Shown here: positions 28,565 through 38,547 of the stretch, piece by piece
Position numbering within the stretch: the first letter of the stretch is position 1
How the letters are laid out: each line of letters starts with the position of its first letter
Origin: Dehalococcoidia bacterium
GTDB lineage: Bacteria > Chloroflexota > Dehalococcoidia > UBA2979
NCBI GenBank assembly: GCA_964291495.2
Contig: OZ219872.1
Span: 256,001 to 320,000 of the forward strand
Direction: 5' to 3'
Length of the DNA stretch: 64,000 bases
The notes under the pieces: generated by a model
Seen by the model: only the letters and a program-made list of their open reading frames with translations
Told to the model about the DNA's origin: nothing
Database searches by the model: none
Position numbers and translations under genes: made by a program

Positions 28565-29365
28565 CTACGGCAGCTCCGCGGGCGTCAGGCCGAACTCCTC
28601 GAGTACCTCGGGGGTCGTCACGATCCGGCCGCTGATCATCGAGGGCTCGCGGACCGCGAGCCGCAGGCAGGCCTCGGCGACGTCCTCGACCGGGGTGACG
28701 CGATCGCGGTTCGCATCCGTGATCAGCCCGAAGTAGGCGACGCCGGGTGTGGCGATCAGACCGGGCTGGATCGCGTTCACGGCGATCGCCCGCTGCTCCG
28801 CGGCGAAGCCGGTGCTGAAGCGCTCCAGCGCCGACTTGCACATGCCGTAGATCGTGCTGCCATGGATGTCGGCGTCCAGCGAGGGGTGCAGCGCCGCGCC
28901 GGACGACATGTTCACGATCGCGCCCCAGCCCCGCTCGCTCATGCCGGGCGCAACGAGCTGCGAGAGGTGCACCGCGGCATGCACCTGGATCTCGAACATC
29001 ACCCGTTCCTTCTCCGCGTCGAAGGTGTCGGTGTCGTTGTACCAGGTGACCGCGCCGTTGTTGACGAGGATGTCGACCGGGCCGAGCTCGGCTTCCGCCG
29101 TCTCGATCAGGCGCTCGCGATCCTCCGCGGAGACGAGGTTGCAGGGTACGGGCAGCGCCGTCCCGCCCGCGGCCTCGATGCGCGCGGTGACGCCGGTCAG
29201 GCTGCCGGGGAGCAGCCGGTGGTCGCCCTCGTTGACCGTCCGCGCGGCCAGCGCGACCCGCGCGCCCTCCATCGCGTAGCGCACCGCGATCGCCTCGCCG
29301 ATGCCGCGCGAGCCGCCCGTGACCACCGCGACACGCCCCTCCAACTGTCCGCTTCCATCCGCCAT
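28565..29365 (-). CDS. SDR family oxidoreductase
   Basis: TGGSRGIG, NNGA, YGMCK; GAGGAGGG RBS. Confidence 0.9.
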   Translation of the reverse strand: MADGSGQLEGRVAVVTGGSRGIGEAIAVRYAMEGARVALAARTVNEGDHRLLPGSLTGVTARIEAAGGTALPVPCNLVSAEDRERLIETAEAELGPVDILVNNGAVTWYNDTDTFDAEKERVMFEIQVHAAVHLSQLVAPGMSERGWGAIVNMSSGAALHPSLDADIHGSTIYGMCKSALERFSTGFAAEQRAIAVNAIQPGLIATPGVAYFGLITDANRDRVTPVEDVAEACLRLAVREPSMISGRIVTTPEVLEEFGLTPAELP

Positions 29366-29514
29366 CGTGCCGCCCTCCTCGCTGCTTCCCGCCACCCGCC
29401 GCGGCCCCGGAGCCGGACAGGGCGGCCTCACCCCGATATGCTGTCGCGGGTCGCGCCCGTGCTGCGGGCACGACAGTACGACACCCGTGACCAAGCCACG
29501 AGGGGAATCCGCAT

Positions 29515-30306
29515 ATGTCGCTCGAGAACAAGGTTGCAATCGTCGCCGGCGCCAGCCGTGGCATCGGCGCGGACATCGCGAAGTACCTCGCTCGCGCGGG
29601 CGCGAAGGTCGCCGTCGCCGCGCGCACGGTGCAGGTCACGGACCCGCGCCTGCCCGGCACGATCCATTCGGTCAGCGAGGAGATTGCCGCCGAGGGCGGA
29701 GCGGCGCTGCCGGTGGTGATGAACCTGCGCGACGCCGAGAGCATCACCGGCGCGGTCGATCAGGTGATCGCCGAGTGGGGCCGGATCGACGTCCTCGTGA
29801 ACAACGCGGCGATCTTCATCCCCGGCGACATCGTCGGCGCGCGCGAGCGCCACATCGAGCTGAGCATCGCGATCAACCTCGTGGGGCCGATCATCGCGAT
29901 GCGCGCGGTCGTGCCGCACATGCGGGAGGCCGGAGGCGGCCACATCATCAACGTCTCATCGCGCGGCTCGATCATGCCGGGCGTCGGGCCCTACACCGAG
30001 GATCAGATCGCCCGCGTCGGCGACCTGCTGTACGGGCCGGAGAAGTCCGGCCTCGAGCACTTCTCGCAGCGTCAGGCGATGGCGCTGCAGGGCGACAACA
30101 TCGCCGTCAACGTGCTCTCGCCCAACGGCCGCATCAAGACTCCGGGCAACCTCTTCTTCGAGAACGACCCGGAGAATCCGACGCTCGACTTCGAGACGGC
30201 CGATGACATGGGCAAGGCGACCGTCTGGATGTGCCAGCAGGACGCGAGCAGCTACACAGGCAACATCGTGTACGACGAGGACGTCGTGCGGGAGCACAAC
30301 CTGTAG
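29515..30306 (+). CDS. SDR family oxidoreductase
   Basis: AGASRGIG, NNAA, YGPEK. Confidence 0.9.
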   Translation: MSLENKVAIVAGASRGIGADIAKYLARAGAKVAVAARTVQVTDPRLPGTIHSVSEEIAAEGGAALPVVMNLRDAESITGAVDQVIAEWGRIDVLVNNAAIFIPGDIVGARERHIELSIAINLVGPIIAMRAVVPHMREAGGGHIINVSSRGSIMPGVGPYTEDQIARVGDLLYGPEKSGLEHFSQRQAMALQGDNIAVNVLSPNGRIKTPGNLFFENDPENPTLDFETADDMGKATVWMCQQDASSYTGNIVYDEDVVREHNL

Positions 30307-30317
30307 CAGCGGCTCGC

Positions 30318-31490
30318 GTGGCGCGGTTCGACCTGCGGCGCGCCGCCAGCCCGGCGCTCGCCGCGCTGCTGTTGCTGCTCACCGCCTGCGGCGAGCAGCA
30401 GCCGGACGGGGAGCGCGACGCCTCGCCGCCTCCGGCCGCGACTGCCACGGCCTCCCCCACCGCCGAGGCGACCCCGGACGCTCCATCGACAGCCACGCCC
30501 GTGGGCGCCTCGCCGACTCCGGGCGCGACCGCGACGGTGACGGCCGCAGCGACGACGCCTACTCCCAGGCCGATCACGTTGACGATCGCCGCCGTCGGCG
30601 ACCTGATGTTCGCGCGCGACATCGTGACGCTGATGCAGCAGCGCGGGCCCGACTACGCCTTCGCGCGCGTCGCGCCGCTCCTCGCGGGCAACGATCTGCT
30701 GATCGGCAACCTCGAGGGGACGTTTACGGAGCGAGGGGAGCCGCTGGAGAAGCTCTACACCTTCCGGGCCCCACCCGCGCTCGCCGAGGCGTTGCGAACC
30801 GCGGGGTTCGACGCCGTCTCGCTATCCAACAACCACGCGCTCGACTTCGGCCCGGTCGGGCTGCGCGACACGTTCGACGCCCTCGACGCGATCGGGGTCG
30901 CCCACTTCGGCGCCGGCCTCGACCGCCGCGAGGCAGAAGCGCCACTGATCGTCGAGGTCAGCGGGGCGTTCGTCGCGCTCCTGGGTTTCAGCGCCGTGGA
31001 ATCGTCGGAATTCGCCGAGGCGGCCCGGCCCGGCGTCGCCCGCGCCGAGGTGGCGGGCGTGACCTCGGCGGTCGCCGCGATCACGCCCGCAGTGGACTTC
31101 GTGGTCGTCGTGTTCCACTTCGGGAGCGAGTACGACGCCACGCCCACCGCTCGGCAGCGCGAACTGGCAGCGGCCGCGGCCGATGCGGGCGCCGCCCTGG
31201 TCATCGGCCACCATGCGCACGTGCTGCAGCCGTGGGAGCGCCGGGGGAACGCCCTGATCCTCTACGGCCTCGGCAACTTCGTCTTCGACCTCGACCGCGA
31301 GGACCTCGAGACGCTCGGCGAGGGGCCGTTCGCCACGGCGATCGCAATCGTCGAGCTCAGCAACGTGGCGCCGCCCAGCCTCCGGTTCCGCCCGGTGTAC
31401 ATCGATCCGGACGAGAACCGCCCGCGCCCCGCCAGCGCCGAGGAGCGCGAGCGCATCCACGCAGCGCTGTCCGAACTCGGCGAGGACTGA
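30318..31490 (+). CDS. CapA-family (PGA_cap) metallophosphatase-like lipoprotein
   Basis: Lipobox LTAC, Pro/Thr linker, GDLM, GNLE, SNNHALD, HFGSEY, GHHAH, YGLGNFVF. Confidence 0.88.
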   Translation: MARFDLRRAASPALAALLLLLTACGEQQPDGERDASPPPAATATASPTAEATPDAPSTATPVGASPTPGATATVTAAATTPTPRPITLTIAAVGDLMFARDIVTLMQQRGPDYAFARVAPLLAGNDLLIGNLEGTFTERGEPLEKLYTFRAPPALAEALRTAGFDAVSLSNNHALDFGPVGLRDTFDALDAIGVAHFGAGLDRREAEAPLIVEVSGAFVALLGFSAVESSEFAEAARPGVARAEVAGVTSAVAAITPAVDFVVVVFHFGSEYDATPTARQRELAAAAADAGAALVIGHHAHVLQPWERRGNALILYGLGNFVFDLDREDLETLGEGPFATAIAIVELSNVAPPSLRFRPVYIDPDENRPRPASAEERERIHAALSELGED

Positions 31491-31607
31491 GCACCGGGCG
31501 GAGCCGCCGTGAGGGCGTGATACGCTGCGGACACGGTCCCGTTCGCGCGAGCACACGAACGCGCAGCGTCGCTCGCGACGCGCCGCCCGCGGGACCGGGG
31601 AGGCCGT

Positions 31608-32972
31608 TTGAGCGAGGAGCCCGCCGCAGGCGCCCGCGAGGCACGGGACTCCGGGGCGCTGCGGCGCCCGGAGCGGCCCGGCACCTGGGCCTCCCTCAAA
31701 ATCAGCAACTACCGCTACCTCTGGCTCGGCCAGGCCGGCCACGCCGGCGGGATCTGGATGGAGCAGATCGCCCGCCCCTTCCTCGTGCTCGACCTCACGG
31801 ACGGGTCGGCTACTCACGTCGGCGGCGTCCTGGCCGTCCGCACGGTCCCGCAGTTCATCCTCGGCATGTGGGCGGGCGTGATCGCCGACTCGTTCGACCG
31901 GCGATCGGTGCTGCTGGTCATGAAGACCGGGGCGTTCCTGCTCAACGTCGGCTTCGTGGCGATCCTCGCGCTCGGCCTCCTCGAGCTCTGGCACATGTAC
32001 GCGTACGCCGTTGTCCGCGGGACGTTCATGGCGTTCGACCAGCCGGCCCGCATGGGCCTCGTGCCCTCCGTCGTGCCCGAGACACACGTCACGAACGCCG
32101 TCGCGTTGATGAGCGCGACGCAGAACACGATGCGCATCTTCGGAGCGGCAAGCGGCGGCATCCTCTACGGCGTGTTCGGCGCGACCGGAGCATTCGCCCT
32201 GATTGCCCTCGTCTACGCCATCCCGGTCTTCTCCACCTACATGCTGCGGGTGGCGCCCATCAGGAGCGGCGTGGCGCGCAGCGCGAGCGGCCTCACCGGC
32301 GGGCTGATCGAGGGCTTGCGCTTCACCTTCACGCATCCGGCGATTCGCGGCGTGCTGCTGCTCTCGATGATCTACTTCATGTTCGGGATGTCGTTCCTCC
32401 AGGTCTTCGCCCCGCTCTTTGCCGAGAAGGTGTTCGACATCGGCAGCACCGGCTTCGGCGGCATGACGGCGCTGATGGGCGTCGCCGCCCTGCTCGCGTC
32501 TTTGCTGATCGCCACGCAGCAGCCCACCCGCCTGGGCGTGATCCTGCCGCTGATGACGATGGTGTTCGGCGCCGCGCTGGTCTTGCTCTCGCTGACCAGC
32601 TACATCCCGGGGCCGGCCGGCCTCGTCATCCCGTTCGCGATGCTCACCGTTCTCGGGGCGCTGCAGAGCGCCTACATGGCGCTCACGCGCTCGGCCCTGC
32701 TGCTGACGGCGCCGCCGCGCATGCACGGGCGCGTCTTCGGCGTGCTCACGCTCGATCGCGCCTTCATGACCGCGGGCGGTGCGGCGGCGGGATTCCTCTC
32801 CGACGGGATCGGCGTCCAGCCGGCGCAGATCGCCTTCGGCCTCATCCTGATCGTCGGCGGCCTCGCGATCTTCGCGCTGGCGGCCGACTTTCGGCGCAGC
32901 CGGGCCGGCGCGCGCTACGAGCCTCCCGAGAGCGAACCATCCGAGCGCGCGGCCGTCGCCGCGGAGCGCTGA
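31608..32972 (+). CDS. MFS transporter
   Basis: ~12 TM segments; GVIADSFDRR motif A. Confidence 0.9.
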   Translation: MSEEPAAGAREARDSGALRRPERPGTWASLKISNYRYLWLGQAGHAGGIWMEQIARPFLVLDLTDGSATHVGGVLAVRTVPQFILGMWAGVIADSFDRRSVLLVMKTGAFLLNVGFVAILALGLLELWHMYAYAVVRGTFMAFDQPARMGLVPSVVPETHVTNAVALMSATQNTMRIFGAASGGILYGVFGATGAFALIALVYAIPVFSTYMLRVAPIRSGVARSASGLTGGLIEGLRFTFTHPAIRGVLLLSMIYFMFGMSFLQVFAPLFAEKVFDIGSTGFGGMTALMGVAALLASLLIATQQPTRLGVILPLMTMVFGAALVLLSLTSYIPGPAGLVIPFAMLTVLGALQSAYMALTRSALLLTAPPRMHGRVFGVLTLDRAFMTAGGAAAGFLSDGIGVQPAQIAFGLILIVGGLAIFALAADFRRSRAGARYEPPESEPSERAAVAAER

Positions 32973-33077
32973 TCCGCGCGCCTCGCGCTGCACGCTACTC
33001 GCGCGCGCTGGTACCCTCGCCCGACGAGGTGAGTCCGTGCCTCGCTTGCGGCGCGTCATGACACCCGGGAGGACGCC

Positions 33078-33899
33078 ATGCCTCGCTACCTGATCGTCGC
33101 GGACCAGACCGCCACCAGCCCCGAGCTCGTCGCGAAGGCGAAGGAGCTGTCGGACGAGCACGCGGGCTCGACGTTCGCACTGCTGCTGCCGGCGCTGCTG
33201 CCCTCGCACGTGCGGGGCGGCCCCTTCGACGCCGTCACGCGCGGCCGCGCCGAGCAGGCGCGCAGCATGCTCGAGCGCGCGGGCGTCGCCGTGGAGCGCA
33301 CCACCATCGGCGATGCGGCCCCGCTGCTCGCGATCGAGGACGAGCTCGACGAGCACCCCGGCGCCTACGACGAGCTGCTGCTCTGCACGCTGCCCGCCAG
33401 CATCTCCCGCTGGCTGCGCCTCGACATCATCGAGCAGGTGGAGCAGCGCTTCGAGCTACCGGTCCGCCACATCGAGGCGCAGCTCCCGAGCCGCCTCGAG
33501 TTCCGGCGCGCCACGCTGCGCGACCACGAGCGCATCCAGGCCCTGTGGGACGAGTCACGCCTCGAGACGGTCGACGAGGACGAGTGGGAGACGCTGATCA
33601 CCAGCCCGGGCGCGATCGCGCTCGTGGCCGAGGAGGAAGGCGCGCTCGTCGGCGCGATCGTCGCCACGGTCGACGGCTGGCGGGCCTACGTCTACCACGT
33701 CGCCGTTGTGCCGGCGCGCCGGCGGCGCGGCGTCGCGCAGGCGCTGTTCGCGGAGGCGCACGCCCACCTCGCACGGGCCGGCAACCGGATCATCTATGTG
33801 ATGGTCAACGAGGAGAACGACGCCGGCATGGCGCTGCTGCACTCGCTCGGCTACCGCGCCCAGGGCGATGTCGTGATGGTGCACCAGCTGGAGGCCTGA
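33078..33899 (+). CDS. USP-like domain fused to GNAT acetyltransferase
   Basis: N-terminal YLIVADQT...GDAAPL...SRWLRLD; C-terminal VAVVPARRRRGVA...NDAG GNAT motif A. Confidence 0.75.
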   Translation: MPRYLIVADQTATSPELVAKAKELSDEHAGSTFALLLPALLPSHVRGGPFDAVTRGRAEQARSMLERAGVAVERTTIGDAAPLLAIEDELDEHPGAYDELLLCTLPASISRWLRLDIIEQVEQRFELPVRHIEAQLPSRLEFRRATLRDHERIQALWDESRLETVDEDEWETLITSPGAIALVAEEEGALVGAIVATVDGWRAYVYHVAVVPARRRRGVAQALFAEAHAHLARAGNRIIYVMVNEENDAGMALLHSLGYRAQGDVVMVHQLEA

Positions 33900-34006
33900 G
33901 CCCGCGCCGCTCCAGTCCGCCCCGTACGCCTCGATTCCCGCACGCGCCCGCACGCGCCCGCGCCCGCGTATCATGCCGGCTGCAACGCACCACGGAGGGG
34001 GAACGT

Positions 34007-35122
34007 ATGACCACCGGACGCATCGTCGTCGTGAAGGAATACAACGAGCCGTTCGTCATCGAGGAGTACGACGTCCCCGAACCAGAGCCGAACGGCATGA
34101 TCCTGCGCATGACGCAGGCGGGTGTCTGCGGCTCCGACCTCCACACCTGGCGTGGCGACCAGATCAACGTCCCGCTCCCGCCCTCCGGCAAGAACATGGG
34201 CCACGAGGGCACCGGCGTCGTCTGGAGCCTCGGCGCGGGTCGCACCACCGATTCGCTGGGACGGCCGCTCGAGGAGGGCGACCGCGTGATGTACGCGGCG
34301 ATCTTCCCCTGCAACAACTGCTACCAGTGCGGCCGCGGCGAGCACAACTGGTGCTCCGACCGCCAGGCCGGCATCGGCGCGCGCATCGCCGGAGACTGGC
34401 CCTACTTCACCGGCACCTACGCCGACTACTTCTGGATCCCCGCCAACCACCCCGTCTACAAGGTCCCTGACGAGCTCCCCGACTCCGTCCTCGGCTGGAT
34501 CAACTGCGCGATGGGCACCGTCACCGAGGGCCTGCTGCGCTCCGGCCTCGGCGAGGGCGACTACCTGGTGATCCAGGGCGCGGGCGGCCTCGGCCTCAAC
34601 GCCACCGCGATGGCGAAGGACATGGGCGCGCACCGCGTGATCGTGCTCGACCGCATCCCCGAGCGCCTCGCGCTCGCCGAGGAGTTCGGCGCGGACCACA
34701 CGATCAACATCGACGAGTACGACAGCCTCGAGGCGCGGCGCGACCGCATCTTCGAGCTCACCGACGGGCGCGGCTCGAACTACGTGATGGAGCTGGTCGG
34801 GCGCGCCGAGTTGCTGGTCGAGGGCCTCGAGTACCTCACCAACGGCGGCACCTTCATCGAGATCGGCGACATCGTGCGAGGGCGCACGGTGGCGATCGAC
34901 CCGTCCACGATCCTGCGAGGCAAGAAGATCATGGGCTCCTCGATGTACCGGCCGCACCTGCTGCCGGTGATGATGGAGATGCTGGTCAAGAACCTCGACA
35001 AGCGGCCGTACACCAAGCTGGTGTCCGACAACTACCCGCTGGACGAGGTGAACGACGCATTCGCGCAGGCCGAGTGGAACGAGCGCCAGACGCAGATCTC
35101 GCGCGCGATGCTCGTGCCGTAG
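34007..35122 (+). CDS. Zinc-binding alcohol dehydrogenase
   Basis: GVCGSD, GHEG, CNNCYQC...C, GAGGLG. Confidence 0.93.
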   Translation: MTTGRIVVVKEYNEPFVIEEYDVPEPEPNGMILRMTQAGVCGSDLHTWRGDQINVPLPPSGKNMGHEGTGVVWSLGAGRTTDSLGRPLEEGDRVMYAAIFPCNNCYQCGRGEHNWCSDRQAGIGARIAGDWPYFTGTYADYFWIPANHPVYKVPDELPDSVLGWINCAMGTVTEGLLRSGLGEGDYLVIQGAGGLGLNATAMAKDMGAHRVIVLDRIPERLALAEEFGADHTINIDEYDSLEARRDRIFELTDGRGSNYVMELVGRAELLVEGLEYLTNGGTFIEIGDIVRGRTVAIDPSTILRGKKIMGSSMYRPHLLPVMMEMLVKNLDKRPYTKLVSDNYPLDEVNDAFAQAEWNERQTQISRAMLVP

Positions 35123-35180
35123 CGCCGAGGGGTCGCACGGTCCGCCAACCGCCCGGCCTCGATCGCGTACGCTGGCGGCG

Positions 35181-36059
35181 ATGGACGTCTACCTCCTCGA
35201 CGGCACCTACGAGCTGTTCCGCCACTTCTACGCGGTGCCTTCGCACCGCGACCGCGCCGGCAACGAAGCCGGCGCGGTCGTCGGCGTGCTCGAGTCGGTG
35301 CTGCGCCTGTTCGCCGAGGGCGTCACGCACCTCGGCGTGGCGACCGATCACGTGATCGAGTCGTTCCGCAACGACCTCTGGCCCGGCTACAAGACCGGCG
35401 AGGGCATCGACCCGGCCCTGTTCGGCCAGTTCGGGCCGCTCGAGGACGCGCTGCAGGCCCTGGGCGTGCGCGTCTGGCCGATGGTCGACCTCGAGGCCGA
35501 CGACGCGCTCGCCGCCGCCGCCGTGCTGGCCGCAGAGGACGCCTCGGTGAGCCGCGTGGTGATCGCGACGCCCGACAAGGACCTCTCGCAGTGCGTCGGC
35601 GGCAAGATCGTGCAGCTCGACCGCCGCAACCGCGAGCTGCGCGACGCGGCCGCCGTCGAGGAGCGCTTCGGCGTCCCGCCTCCGGCGATCCCGGACTACC
35701 TCGCGCTCGTCGGCGACAGCGCCGACGGCTTCCCCGGCCTCCCCGGCTGGGGTGCGAAGTCGAGCGCGACCGTCCTCGCGCGCTACGGCCACATCGAGGC
35801 GATCCCGGCCGACGCCGAGGCGTGGGACGTCAAGGTGCGCGGCGCGGCAAAGCTCGCGGCCACGCTGGCCGAGCAGCGTGACCTCGCCTTCCTCTTCCGC
35901 GACCTCGCCACGCTGCGCACGGACGCCGAGGTCTTCACCGCCGTCGAGGAGCTGCGCTGGCCCGGTCCTCCGCCGGACTTCGCGGCCGTCGCCGAGCAGC
36001 TCCGCGCCCCCGCACTCCTCACCCGCGCCGAGGCCGCCGCCGAGCGCCTGAGCGCGTAG
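35181..36059 (+). CDS. Stand-alone 5'-3' exonuclease (flap endonuclease)
   Basis: LLDG, FRN...YK, EADD, DKDL, LVGDSADGFPGLPGWGAK (H3TH). Confidence 0.93.
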   Translation: MDVYLLDGTYELFRHFYAVPSHRDRAGNEAGAVVGVLESVLRLFAEGVTHLGVATDHVIESFRNDLWPGYKTGEGIDPALFGQFGPLEDALQALGVRVWPMVDLEADDALAAAAVLAAEDASVSRVVIATPDKDLSQCVGGKIVQLDRRNRELRDAAAVEERFGVPPPAIPDYLALVGDSADGFPGLPGWGAKSSATVLARYGHIEAIPADAEAWDVKVRGAAKLAATLAEQRDLAFLFRDLATLRTDAEVFTAVEELRWPGPPPDFAAVAEQLRAPALLTRAEAAAERLSA

Positions 36060-36082
36060 AATCCCCGCGGGCCGGAGGCGTC

Positions 36083-36886
36083 ATGCAGGACTTCGAGGGC
36101 AAGGTCGCCGTGATCACCGGCGGGGCGAGCGGCATCGGCTTCGGCATGGCCGAGCGCTTCGCCGCCGCGGGCATGACGGTCGTCCTCGCCGACATCGACG
36201 AGGACGCCCTGCCGGAGGCGGAGTCGCGCCTCGCCGAACGCGGCGCGAGCGCCCTCGGCGTGCCGGTCGACGTCGCCGATCCCGATCAGGTCGACGACCT
36301 CGTGCGGCGCGTGCTCGACGAGTTCGGCGCGGTGCACGTGCTCTGCAACAACGCCGGGGTCAACTCGCCGGACGGGCCGATCTGGGAGGTCTCGCCGGAG
36401 GACTGGGAGCGCGTGATCGCGATCAACCTGCGCGGCGTGATCCACGGCATCCGCAGCTTCCTGCCGCACATGCTGGCCCAGGACTCCGAGGGCTGCATCG
36501 TCAACACCGCCTCGGCGGCCGGCCTCGGGTCGCGGCCGGGCATCTCGCCCTACGTCGCGACGAAGCACGCTGTGATCGCGCTCACCGAGTCGCTGCATCA
36601 CGACCTCGTGGCTGCCGGGTCGAAGCTGCGCACGGCCGTGCTCTGTCCGGGCCGGATCCGCACGCCGATGATGGCAGCGCACCTGGAGCGCGAGGGCAGG
36701 GACGTCGAGGAGGCCGCCGCTGGCTACCTGCTCCCGAGCGAGGTCGGCGATCTGGTGCTCGAGGCGATCCGCGACGAGCGCTTCTACATCCTCACCCACC
36801 CCGAGGGCGAAAAGGATCGCGTCAAGGGAGCCGCAGACGATATCCTGCTCGGGCGCGACCCGACGCACTCGCCGCCGATCCACTAG
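36083..36886 (+). CDS. SDR family oxidoreductase
   Basis: TGGASGIG, NNAG, YVATK. Confidence 0.92.
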   Translation: MQDFEGKVAVITGGASGIGFGMAERFAAAGMTVVLADIDEDALPEAESRLAERGASALGVPVDVADPDQVDDLVRRVLDEFGAVHVLCNNAGVNSPDGPIWEVSPEDWERVIAINLRGVIHGIRSFLPHMLAQDSEGCIVNTASAAGLGSRPGISPYVATKHAVIALTESLHHDLVAAGSKLRTAVLCPGRIRTPMMAAHLEREGRDVEEAAAGYLLPSEVGDLVLEAIRDERFYILTHPEGEKDRVKGAADDILLGRDPTHSPPIH

Positions 36887-36919
36887 CCAGCAGTCGCGTC
36901 AGCCAGGTCAGGAGCCCGC

Positions 36920-37348
36920 ATGAGCAGCGAAGCAGTCCTCCAGCCGCAGCCCGAGGGCATCCCGCTTCCGATCCCCTCCTCGGTATCGGAGCCGCACTGG
37001 GAGGGCTGCAAGCGCGGCGAGCTAATGGTGCAGCGCTGCCGCGAGTGCGAGGGCTACGTCTTCATCCCGCAGCCGGCCTGTACGCACTGCCAGAGCGAGG
37101 ACCTCGAGTGGGTCCAGAGCAGCGGCAAGGGCACGGTCTACAGCTGGACCACCGTCTACCGCCCGCAGCAGCCGAGCTTCGAGACGCCCTACATCTCGGC
37201 AATCATCGAGGTGGAAGAGGGCTGGTACATGATGACGAACCTGGTCGACATGCCCATCGACGACGTCCGCATCGGCCTCCCCGTCGAGGTCGTCTTCCAC
37301 GCCATCAACGACGAGACCACGCTCCCCTACTTCCGCCCGGCGGGGTAG
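36920..37348 (+). CDS. Zn-ribbon/OB-fold protein (DUF35)
   Basis: QRCRECE...PACTHC, SGKGTVYSWT, IGLPVEVVF. Confidence 0.9.
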   Translation: MSSEAVLQPQPEGIPLPIPSSVSEPHWEGCKRGELMVQRCRECEGYVFIPQPACTHCQSEDLEWVQSSGKGTVYSWTTVYRPQQPSFETPYISAIIEVEEGWYMMTNLVDMPIDDVRIGLPVEVVFHAINDETTLPYFRPAG

Positions 37349-37373
37349 CGATCGCCGGAGCGGCCCGTTCGGC

Positions 37374-38228
37374 CTACGTATCCGAGAACGCCGAGCCGCG
37401 GCGCTCGACGCCGCCGCCGGTGGCGCGGTCGATCACGCCGCACTCGACGAGGAAGGGCTGGCTGTGGACGACGCGGCCGGAGACGCGCTCGGCGGGCTCG
37501 GAGACCAGCCACAGCGCCGCCTGCGCCATGTGCTCGGCCGGCTCCGTCACCACCGCATCGAGGTGCGCGCCCGGGCCGAGCTCGCTCGCCGTCGCCCCCG
37601 GCGTCGGCACCAGGTTCGAGGGCGAGAGCGCCGTGACGGCGATGCGGTGCGGCCACAGCTCCGCCGCCAGCCCCTGCGTGAAGCGCTCCAGCGCCGCCTT
37701 CGAGGCCCCGTACATCGTCCCCGCGTCGACCCGCTCCTGCTCGGCGTAGGGCCCGCGACCGGGTCCGCCGGAGCTGCTCGACGAGATGTTGCAGATCGCG
37801 CCGCGCCCGCGCTCGATCATCCCCGGCAGCACGAGCTGCGAGAGGTAGAACGGCGCGTGGATGTTGACGTCGAAGCCCAGCTTCCAGCGCCGTAGCGGGA
37901 ACTCGGTAAGCGGGTGGTAGGTGGTCATCGCGGCGTTGTTGACGAGCACGTCGACGCGCCCGAAGGCGTCCACCGTCTGCTCGACGATCGACTCGCAGCC
38001 CTCCTCGCTGCCGACGTTCGCCTGCACCGGGATCGCCTCGCCGCCCGCCTGCTCGATCGCCTCGATCGTGCCGCGCAGCGAGCCCTCGAGACGGTGGTCG
38101 CCCTCCTCGAGCGTGCGCGCGACGCAGGCGACCTGCGCGCCCTCGGCGGCGAACAGCTCGGCGATCGCCTTGCCGATGCCGCGGCTGGTCCCCGTCACGA
38201 TCGCCACCCGGTCGTCGAGCCGGCCCAT
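37374..38228 (-). CDS. SDR family oxidoreductase
   Basis: TGTSRGIG, NNAA, YGASK; GGAGG RBS. Confidence 0.9.
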   Translation of the reverse strand: MGRLDDRVAIVTGTSRGIGKAIAELFAAEGAQVACVARTLEEGDHRLEGSLRGTIEAIEQAGGEAIPVQANVGSEEGCESIVEQTVDAFGRVDVLVNNAAMTTYHPLTEFPLRRWKLGFDVNIHAPFYLSQLVLPGMIERGRGAICNISSSSSGGPGRGPYAEQERVDAGTMYGASKAALERFTQGLAAELWPHRIAVTALSPSNLVPTPGATASELGPGAHLDAVVTEPAEHMAQAALWLVSEPAERVSGRVVHSQPFLVECGVIDRATGGGVERRGSAFSDT

Positions 38229-38383
38229 GGTCGCCTCCGTCCATCGCGCTGACGCCACATGGGCGTCGGGGCTGCTGTCGCGAGCACTGTAGAGGGCTGT
38301 CACCGGGACCGCATCGGCGACTCGTCGCGCGGCGCTGCGTGTCTTGCCGCTCGTTACCCCATCGCGCACACTGGATTCGCCGC

Positions 38384-38459
38384 TCCCCGATAGCTCAATT
38401 GGTAGAGCGAGCGGCTGTTAACCGCTAGGTTCGTGGTTCGAGTCCACGTCGGGGAGCCA
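38384..38459 (+). tRNA. tRNA-Asn (anticodon GTT)
   Basis: TCCCCGA/TCGGGGA acceptor, ctGTTaa loop, GTTCGAGTC T-loop, CCA. Confidence 0.97.
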
Positions 38460-38547
38460 GCTCTTATGTCCACAGTGGGCCTCTGAAGCACAGCCAGGGC
38501 AGGACCAAGAGCCGCTGCCGAGGCGCGCCGACGACCCCGGCTGCCCC

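Noticed and set aside
33937-33968. CCCGCACGCG short tandem repeat
   Set aside because: Two copies in very GC-rich DNA; plausible by chance or slippage
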